A stretch of DNA of 64,000 bases from Verrucomicrobiales bacterium (GTDB lineage Bacteria > Verrucomicrobiota > Verrucomicrobiia > Verrucomicrobiales > SLCJ01): the NCBI GenBank assembly GCA_046075565.1, contig JBJTQJ010000052.1, positions 75,912 to 139,911 on the forward strand, given 5' to 3'. A program made the position numbers and the translations under genes. Position 1 is the stretch's first letter. Each line of letters begins with the position of its first letter. Shown one piece after another: positions 57,682 through 64,000 of the stretch. Under the pieces are notes generated by a model. That model worked only from the letters and a program-made list of their open reading frames with translations, was not told where the DNA came from and did not search any database.

Positions 57682-58743
57682 TTACTTTTTCTCTTTGGGA
57701 GGAGAAAGGAGCTCCATGGTGCTGACAATCGCGGGCACCTTCTGGCTCACATCAACCACCACCATCTTGCCGAGCCCATCACCTTCCTCGCCCTTCTCCC
57801 AGGTCATGATGCAGGCGAGAATGAGTGTCTTTTCATCCCTCCAGTAAAGCGGCTCCAAGGTATCATACAGTTGGGTGAACCCATTCCCGAGGGCCGTGGC
57901 CTTCTCTTCCTTGAACGGTTGGGGCAACGCGACCTTTACCCACCGGTCATCCCTGAGTTGATAAACTTCCGTGCGCGCGACCCGCGGACCATCGCCGAGC
58001 CGGATCGTGAAATGTTTCGAGTCCGCCGACCAGATCACCTCGGTGCGGAAGGAAAGACAACGGTCACCGGCCTCCTTGAACAAAAGCTGTGCCTTGGCCT
58101 TGCCATCGGCGGCTTGAACCGACATGCCGGCCACCGCATCGCCTCCCATGGTGAAAGTGAATGACCATTTTCCATCGGGCGAAAGATGATCCGCCTCCTC
58201 GCGCAGCCCGCCGGGCAACGAGCCGCGGAGCGTGCTATCGGCCGCCCACTCCCCGCCCATGAGAATATCCTCGAGAATCCAGGTGCCGTTTTGGGGCAAG
58301 AAGACATAGAGGTCCACCCAATTCTCGAAGTTGCCTTGCTCGTCCTTGTAGCCCTGCTGGATTTCGATCGATGGCAGGACACCCGGCAAGAGGTGGCTTT
58401 CTCCGAGTTTCCATGATGTCGCGCCTTCGGTCAGGCTGCTGAAAAAATCTCCCTCCACAAAAGAGGGTTTCTCATCCGGGTTGGCGGCGGCTTCGCGATC
58501 GCGAATCATGGCAGCCTGCCGGAAGCCCGCCAGAAGGCCGGGGGAAATGTGCGGGGCGAGGCGCCGCAATTGTGCGTCATTCGGCACGCCCGAGACGGGT
58601 TCGGCGCGCAGTTCTTTCAGGCAACGCCCGGCGGCGGCGCGGAAAGCGTCAGCCTCACTGCTGGGCTTGGTTTCTTCCCCAGCCACAGCTGAAACTAAGA
58701 TCGCCGTGCAAAGAAAAAGAACGGAAGTCGGGATGGTTCTCAT
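57682..58743 (-). CDS. Secreted hypothetical protein (YbjP/DUF3828-like N-terminal domain)
   Basis: Signal peptide; PDEKPSFVEGDFFSSLTEGA. Confidence 0.65.
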   Translation of the reverse strand: MRTIPTSVLFLCTAILVSAVAGEETKPSSEADAFRAAAGRCLKELRAEPVSGVPNDAQLRRLAPHISPGLLAGFRQAAMIRDREAAANPDEKPSFVEGDFFSSLTEGATSWKLGESHLLPGVLPSIEIQQGYKDEQGNFENWVDLYVFLPQNGTWILEDILMGGEWAADSTLRGSLPGGLREEADHLSPDGKWSFTFTMGGDAVAGMSVQAADGKAKAQLLFKEAGDRCLSFRTEVIWSADSKHFTIRLGDGPRVARTEVYQLRDDRWVKVALPQPFKEEKATALGNGFTQLYDTLEPLYWRDEKTLILACIMTWEKGEEGDGLGKMVVVDVSQKVPAIVSTMELLSPPKEKK

Positions 58744-58898
58744 GGGGGCAGGGGGAGAGGGAGATTCGCCCCGTGAAAAAGTCTAGAAAATCGTCCCCAT
58801 GCGTCAAGGTTTTCCCCAGCCGAGCCCACTTCCTAAAAAGACCTTGCCGGGAGCGGGGAAATGGCTTAGGCTATCCTTTAGCCAAATTTCAAAACGTC

Positions 58899-59054
58899 AT
58901 GTCCCAGCATCCCAGCCTCAAGTCGTCGAAAAGTGTCGGCGCCAAGCGCAATGTTCTGAAGCGTTTCGAGCGCCTCAAGCAACTCAAAGCCGAAGGGCGC
59001 ATCCAAGAAGGCCGCTCGCCCCATGGTCTGCCGAAGACGAAGCCTCTGGACTGA
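58899..59054 (+). CDS. PVC-superphylum small basic protein
   Basis: MSQHPSLK...RNVLKRFERL...SPHGLPK signature. Confidence 0.9.
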   Translation: MSQHPSLKSSKSVGAKRNVLKRFERLKQLKAEGRIQEGRSPHGLPKTKPLD

Positions 59055-59095
59055 GGTTTCCGTCCCAGCCCGACGCCCCTGCCGGCGAATTCTCC

Positions 59096-59134
59096 AACGC
59101 CCTTGCCGGCCCCCCGGCAACGGGCGTTTTCTTT
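59096..59134 (+). terminator. Intrinsic terminator
   Basis: AACGCCCTTGCCGG-CCCC-CCGGCAACGGGCGTT followed by TTCTTT. Confidence 0.75.
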
Positions 59135-59139
59135 GACTT

Positions 59140-60147
59140 ATGGAAGCCATCCGCATCAACCGCTACCTCGCCATGTGCGGGCTGGGCTCTCGCCGGACCT
59201 GCGAACAACTGGTCGCCAGTGGCCGCGTGACCGTCGGCGACCGGGTGGTCGATTCCCTGGGTTATCGGGTGAACCCCGGCGATCGCGTGTTCGTAGATGG
59301 CGAACCCGCCCGCCCGGAAAAAGAGCTGGTCGTTCTGTTGCACAAGCCGCCGGGTGTGGTTTGCACACGGTCGGATCCTCAGGGGCGCCGGACCATCTAC
59401 GACCTTTTGTCCCCCGAACTGCAGACCTTGGCCCATGTCGGGCGTCTCGACCGCGAATCGGAGGGCATGTTGGTCCTCACCAATGCGGGCGATCTAGCCC
59501 ACCACCTTACCCATCCTTCGACCAAGGTGGAAAAAGAATACCTGGTCCATGTGGATAGGGTTTTCGACGGCCGGGACCGGGCACGCCTGCTCGGGGGCAT
59601 TGAACTCGAGGAAGGCATGGCCTACGCCGCCGAAGTGGAAGTGGTGGCCCCGCGAATCCTGCGCATGATTCTCCAACAGGGGATCAAACGCCAGATCCGC
59701 CTCATGCTCGCCGCGGTCGGCTACGAGGTTCGGGAATTGGTCCGCACTCGGATCGGTTCACTGGAAGACTCCAAGCTGAAAGCCGGAAAATGGCGCCGGC
59801 TCAAGCCGCATGAGATCGAATTGCTCAAGACGAATCCTGGGAAAACGAAAAAAAACGCCCGTCTGCCTGCCGGAATCTCAACTCCGCCCCCATCCACTCC
59901 GCCGAGGGTGCGCCGTCCGGCCGCGAAAAAGTCGCGCGGGTTCAGCCCGGGTGGACCAATCTCCAGAAAGCCGGTTGGTCCGGCCAAATCCTCCCAAGGT
60001 CCCGGTCAGAGCCGCGGTCCGGTGAAGAAAAAGGCACCCACCAAGACCGGGCGCGCTCATCCCGTCTCCGGTCCACGGAAAGGCGCCGCCCCCGGCTCCC
60101 GGCGTCCGGCCGCGAAAAAGTCAGGCGGTCGCGGACGCGGACGTTAA
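59140..60147 (+). CDS. rRNA pseudouridine synthase (RsuA/RluB family) with basic C-terminal tail
   Basis: S4 domain RINRYLA...SRR; KPPG; VGRLDRESEG; KEYLV. Confidence 0.93.
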   Translation: MEAIRINRYLAMCGLGSRRTCEQLVASGRVTVGDRVVDSLGYRVNPGDRVFVDGEPARPEKELVVLLHKPPGVVCTRSDPQGRRTIYDLLSPELQTLAHVGRLDRESEGMLVLTNAGDLAHHLTHPSTKVEKEYLVHVDRVFDGRDRARLLGGIELEEGMAYAAEVEVVAPRILRMILQQGIKRQIRLMLAAVGYEVRELVRTRIGSLEDSKLKAGKWRRLKPHEIELLKTNPGKTKKNARLPAGISTPPPSTPPRVRRPAAKKSRGFSPGGPISRKPVGPAKSSQGPGQSRGPVKKKAPTKTGRAHPVSGPRKGAAPGSRRPAAKKSGGRGRGR

Positions 60148-60276
60148 AAGTGGCCGGGCCGAAAGCCATTTCCTTTTGCGTGGAGTGGCGAGAAGATAAT
60201 GTTTGAAATACGCCAGATTCCGTGATATACATTTGCCCCACGGGCGGCGGCATCGCCCCCAGGCGCGGTTATCATC

Positions 60277-61629
60277 ATGAATACACGACTTTTCGGCACG
60301 GACGGCATTCGCGGGGTGGCCAACCAGTATCCCATTACCCCGGAAATGGCGCTCAAGGTCGGGCGGGCGGTAGCGCGGGTGCTCAGCGGATCAAAACCCG
60401 GCCGCCGAAAGGTGGTCATTGGAAAAGACACTCGTCTGTCTGGCTATCTGCTCGAGACCGCGATCACCAGCGGGTTGGTTTCCGAAGGAGCGACCGTTCT
60501 TCTGACCGGTCCGATCCCCACCCCGGCCATCGCCCATCTGACCCGCACCATGGCCTGCGATGCCGGCATCATGCTGACGGCATCCCACAATCCTTACACC
60601 GACAACGGCATCAAGATTTTCGCCGCCGATGGCTACAAACTGCCCGATGATCTCGAGGATGCCATCGAGGCTTTCTTGCACGAGGAAGGAAATCACACGC
60701 CTCTCAATAGCAGCGACATTGGCAAAGCCATCCGCGTCGATGATGCCGTCGGACGCTACATCGAAGCGGCCAAAGGTGCGGCGGGAGCGACCTCCCTTGA
60801 TGGTTTGAAAGTGGTCGTGGATTGCGCGAATGGCGCGGGGTATTTCGTGGCCCCGCTTGTTTTCGAGGAACTCGGTGCCGAAGTGATCACCCATGCCGTG
60901 AAACCGAACGGAAGGAACATAAATGAAGGTTGCGGGGCATTACATCCGGAAACAGCGGCCAAGCTGGTCGTGGAAAACGGAGCCGACATCGGCATTTGCC
61001 TCGACGGCGATGCTGACCGCGTGATCTTCATCGACCACCGCGGGCAAGTGGTGAATGGGGATCGTATCCTCTGCCTTTGCGCGAAAGCACTCGCTGCCAC
61101 CGGCCAACTTCGCCAACAGACCGTCGTGGCCACCGTGATGAGCAACCTTGGATTGCGCGACGCGCTCGCTCGTGATGGAATCAATGTGGAAACAACCGGT
61201 GTGGGCGACCGCCTGGTCATCGAACGCATGCGCGCAGGCGGCTTCTCCCTCGGCGGGGAAAATTCCGGCCACATCATCTTCGCCGATCACGCGACCACCG
61301 GTGATGGCATCGTGAGCGCCCTGCGGGTGCTCACCGTCATGCGCGAAGCCCACAAGTCGCTCGCCGAACTCGCCGACTGCATGGACGAATACCCGCAAGA
61401 GACGCGGGCGCTGAAGGTGCGGGAAAAACCACCGATTGAAGAGGTGCCGGAACTCGCTGGAGCCATCGCTGAAGTCGAGGCCTGCCTCAACGGCCATGGG
61501 CGAAGCCTCGTTCGCTACTCGGGCACCGAGAAAAAAATCCGCATCCTCGTGGAGTGTCCGGATGGGGCCGAGGCGAAAAAACATGCGGACCATTTGACCC
61601 GAGCGGTGGCCGCATCCATCGGAGCCTGA
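60277..61629 (+). CDS. glmM: Phosphoglucosamine mutase
   Basis: LFGTDGIRG, TASHNP, DGDADR, GGENSGH, RYSGTE. Confidence 0.96.
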   Translation: MNTRLFGTDGIRGVANQYPITPEMALKVGRAVARVLSGSKPGRRKVVIGKDTRLSGYLLETAITSGLVSEGATVLLTGPIPTPAIAHLTRTMACDAGIMLTASHNPYTDNGIKIFAADGYKLPDDLEDAIEAFLHEEGNHTPLNSSDIGKAIRVDDAVGRYIEAAKGAAGATSLDGLKVVVDCANGAGYFVAPLVFEELGAEVITHAVKPNGRNINEGCGALHPETAAKLVVENGADIGICLDGDADRVIFIDHRGQVVNGDRILCLCAKALAATGQLRQQTVVATVMSNLGLRDALARDGINVETTGVGDRLVIERMRAGGFSLGGENSGHIIFADHATTGDGIVSALRVLTVMREAHKSLAELADCMDEYPQETRALKVREKPPIEEVPELAGAIAEVEACLNGHGRSLVRYSGTEKKIRILVECPDGAEAKKHADHLTRAVAASIGA

Positions 61630-61648
61630 CCCAGCTTTCCTGCCCATC

Positions 61649-62515
61649 ATGCCGATTCCCGAGTTCACTTCCTCGCCCGACCTCAGCGGCCTCTGGCCTT
61701 TGGTTGTCGGACGACCGCCAGGCGAGTTGCCTTTGGCCGGACGCACCTTGCGCGTGTGGCAGCAATGGGCATGGATGGATGCCGATGGCTCGTCCTGCTG
61801 GCAACGTGAGGATGCATGGATCGGGCCGGTTGACGCGGCTCTGTTAGGCAAAGCCGAACCGGGCATCACCCTCGTGGCCGCCGACGGCACCAAACTCGCG
61901 GGCAAACAGGGGCTCAACTCCAACGAAACAATCCTCACGAGTGACTCCCGTTTGTTAGCCCATCCCTGGGATCTCCTCGCGCTCAACGAAGAGCGTGTGG
62001 GAGCACTCGACCGGACCTCCATTCAGGGATTTCTTTCCCCCTCCGCCACCCTCGATGGGATGCTCGTGCTGGGCGAAGGCTCGCGGGTTTTGCCCGGTGT
62101 TTACATCGAAGGAAAGGTGATCATCGGCAACGATTGCAAAATCGGCCCGAATTGCTACATCCGCGGCAATACTTCCATCGGTAATGGCTGCCATATCGGG
62201 CAGGCCGTCGAAATCAAAAACAGTCTCATCGGCAACAAAACCAATGCCGGGCACCTGAGTTACATCGGCGACAGCATCCTCGGTGATGGTGTGAATCTCG
62301 GCGCGGGCACCATCACTTCCAACTTCCGTCATGATGGCGGCCACCATCGTTCGATGGCGAATGGACAACTCGTCTCCACCGGACGCCGCAAGTTCGGCGC
62401 GATTTTCGGCGATGGCGTGCATACCGGCATCCACACGGCCATTTATCCCGGACGGAAGCTCGGCCCGAAAACAACCACCCTTCCCGGAGCCATCGTCCAA
62501 CGGGATCTAACCTGA
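61649..62515 (+). CDS. GlmU-like hexapeptide-repeat acetyltransferase with reduced N-terminal domain
   Basis: IGPNCYIRG, VEIKNS, HLSYIGDSILG, NLGAGTITSN, TGRRKFGAIFGD; located between glmM and glmS. Confidence 0.85.
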   Translation: MPIPEFTSSPDLSGLWPLVVGRPPGELPLAGRTLRVWQQWAWMDADGSSCWQREDAWIGPVDAALLGKAEPGITLVAADGTKLAGKQGLNSNETILTSDSRLLAHPWDLLALNEERVGALDRTSIQGFLSPSATLDGMLVLGEGSRVLPGVYIEGKVIIGNDCKIGPNCYIRGNTSIGNGCHIGQAVEIKNSLIGNKTNAGHLSYIGDSILGDGVNLGAGTITSNFRHDGGHHRSMANGQLVSTGRRKFGAIFGDGVHTGIHTAIYPGRKLGPKTTTLPGAIVQRDLT

Positions 62516-62530
62516 ACCTCTTCCTATACC

Positions 62531-64000
62531 ATGTGCGGCATCGTCGGCTACTGCGGGAATCGCCCCGCCACTCCAGTTCTCCTTAATGGCCTGCGGCGTC
62601 TCGAATACCGTGGCTACGACAGCGCGGGTGTCGCTCTACTTGATAAAAGCGGCTTGCGGGTGCGCAAACAGGAGGGAAAAGTCGCCCGCCTCGCCGAAGC
62701 CATCGAACAAGATATGGAAGCAAGCGCGCTGGGAACCGCCACCACCGGCATCGCCCACACACGCTGGGCCACTCATGGACCACCCACCGCCACCAATGCC
62801 CACCCGCATCTCGGCGGACACGGCCACATTGCCGTCGTGCACAATGGGATTATCGAGAACCACGCCGCCTTGCGCTCGCGCCTAGAAAAACTTGGACATG
62901 TCTTTGTTAGCGAAACCGACACCGAGGCGCTGGCGCATTTGATTGCCGAACACTACGACGGGGATCTGCTCGCGGCCGTGCTGGCGGCATTGCGCGAGGT
63001 CGAAGGCACCTTCGGAATCGCCTGCGTGAGCAAAAAGGAACCGGGTCTGCTCGTGGCGGCCCGGCGCGGCTCTCCTTTGCTGATCGGATTGGGCGAACAC
63101 GAGACCCTGCTTGCTTCCGATGCCAGCGCGATTGTCAGCCATACACGGCAGGTCATCTATCTCGAGGACAACGAGGTCGCCCGCATTTCCGCTGGAGAGG
63201 TGGAACTGCGCACGCTCTCCAATGCTCCGGTGGAACGTGGAACCGCCGAGATTTCCTGGTCGAGTGGTGAAGCGGAGAAAGGCGGGTTCGAGCACTTCAT
63301 GCACAAGGAAATCCACGAGCAACCGGAAGCGCTGCGCAATACCTTGCGTGGACGCCTCGATCTTGCCCGCGGCACCGCCATCCTCTCCGGTCTCGATCTT
63401 TCGCCCCGTGATCTCGCTGCGGTCCGCCGCGTGGTCATTGTCGGTTGCGGCAGTTCCCTTCATTCCGGCATGGTCGGCACCTATGCCTTGGAGGAACTCG
63501 CCGGGATTCCGGCTGCGGTCGAACAAGCGGCGGAGTTCCGGTATCGCAATCCCATCCTCGGACCGGATGATCTCGTCTTGGCCATCAGCCAGAGCGGTGA
63601 AACCGCCGATACACTTGCTGCCACGCGTGAGGCAAGGGAAAAGGGAGCCATTGTTGCGGGACTGGTCAATGCGGTCGGTTCAACCATCGCCCGTGAAGCC
63701 GGACGCGGCATCTACTTGCACGCCGGCCCCGAGATCAGTGTTGCTTCGACCAAGGCTTTCACATGCCAAGTCGCGGCTCTTCTCATGGTTGCCCTCAAAC
63801 TCGCACGCGGACGCCGCCTCAGTCGCGAGAACGGCATGATCATGGCAGAGGCCCTCGCGCGGCTTCCGGAATTCGCGGCCGCCGTCATCGAACGGGAGGC
63901 GGACATTCGCCGCGCCGCCGCTCGATTCGCCGAAACAAAAAACGCGTTTTTCATCGGACGTGGATACCACCACGCCACCGCACTCGAAGGTGCGCTGAAA
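62531..64000 (+). CDS. glmS: Glutamine--fructose-6-phosphate transaminase (partial, runs off window end)
   Basis: Manual translation: MCGIVGY, LEYRGYDSAG, HTRWATHG, HNGIIEN, SQSGETADT, VASTKAF. Confidence 0.96.
   Translation, partial: MCGIVGYCGNRPATPVLLNGLRRLEYRGYDSAGVALLDKSGLRVRKQEGKVARLAEAIEQDMEASALGTATTGIAHTRWATHGPPTATNAHPHLGGHGHIAVVHNGIIENHAALRSRLEKLGHVFVSETDTEALAHLIAEHYDGDLLAAVLAALREVEGTFGIACVSKKEPGLLVAARRGSPLLIGLGEHETLLASDASAIVSHTRQVIYLEDNEVARISAGEVELRTLSNAPVERGTAEISWSSGEAEKGGFEHFMHKEIHEQPEALRNTLRGRLDLARGTAILSGLDLSPRDLAAVRRVVIVGCGSSLHSGMVGTYALEELAGIPAAVEQAAEFRYRNPILGPDDLVLAISQSGETADTLAATREAREKGAIVAGLVNAVGSTIAREAGRGIYLHAGPEISVASTKAFTCQVAALLMVALKLARGRRLSRENGMIMAEALARLPEFAAAVIEREADIRRAAARFAETKNAFFIGRGYHHATALEGALK

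Noticed and set aside
62516-62530. Possible glmS ribozyme
   Set aside because: Only 15 nt separate the upstream stop codon from the glmS start

Overview
GC-rich bacterial chromosome window, almost certainly Verrucomicrobiota (PVC small basic signature protein, Amuc_1098-like secretin, DUF1501/PSD1 pair, PEP-CTERM and H-X9-DG pilin-like genes). Most of it is housekeeping or envelope genes: lysC, an L,D-transpeptidase, a Yej/Opp-type ABC operon, nrdR, queA, hpt, dus, trxB, SulP, an M29 aminopeptidase and glmM-glmU-like-glmS. The strongest candidate for a new system is a compact class-II cobalamin riboswitch (minus strand, 4577-4700, with an L5-L13 kissing loop). It heads a translationally coupled three-gene operon of a PEP-CTERM surface protein, a secreted surface protein and an H-X9-DG pilin-like protein, with no BtuB/BtuFCD genes in the window. 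Other observations: a small-protein + nucleotidyltransferase TA-like pair; tandem NrdR boxes before an nrdR/ATP-cone-like/HIT/TPR operon; a LysR gene truncated at a composite of REP-like repeats and ~100-nt direct repeats; several REP-like families; two frameshifted genes; and an N-terminally reduced GlmU. No rRNA, tRNA, CRISPR array or transposase was seen. All family assignments are by motif recognition only; no database searches were run.
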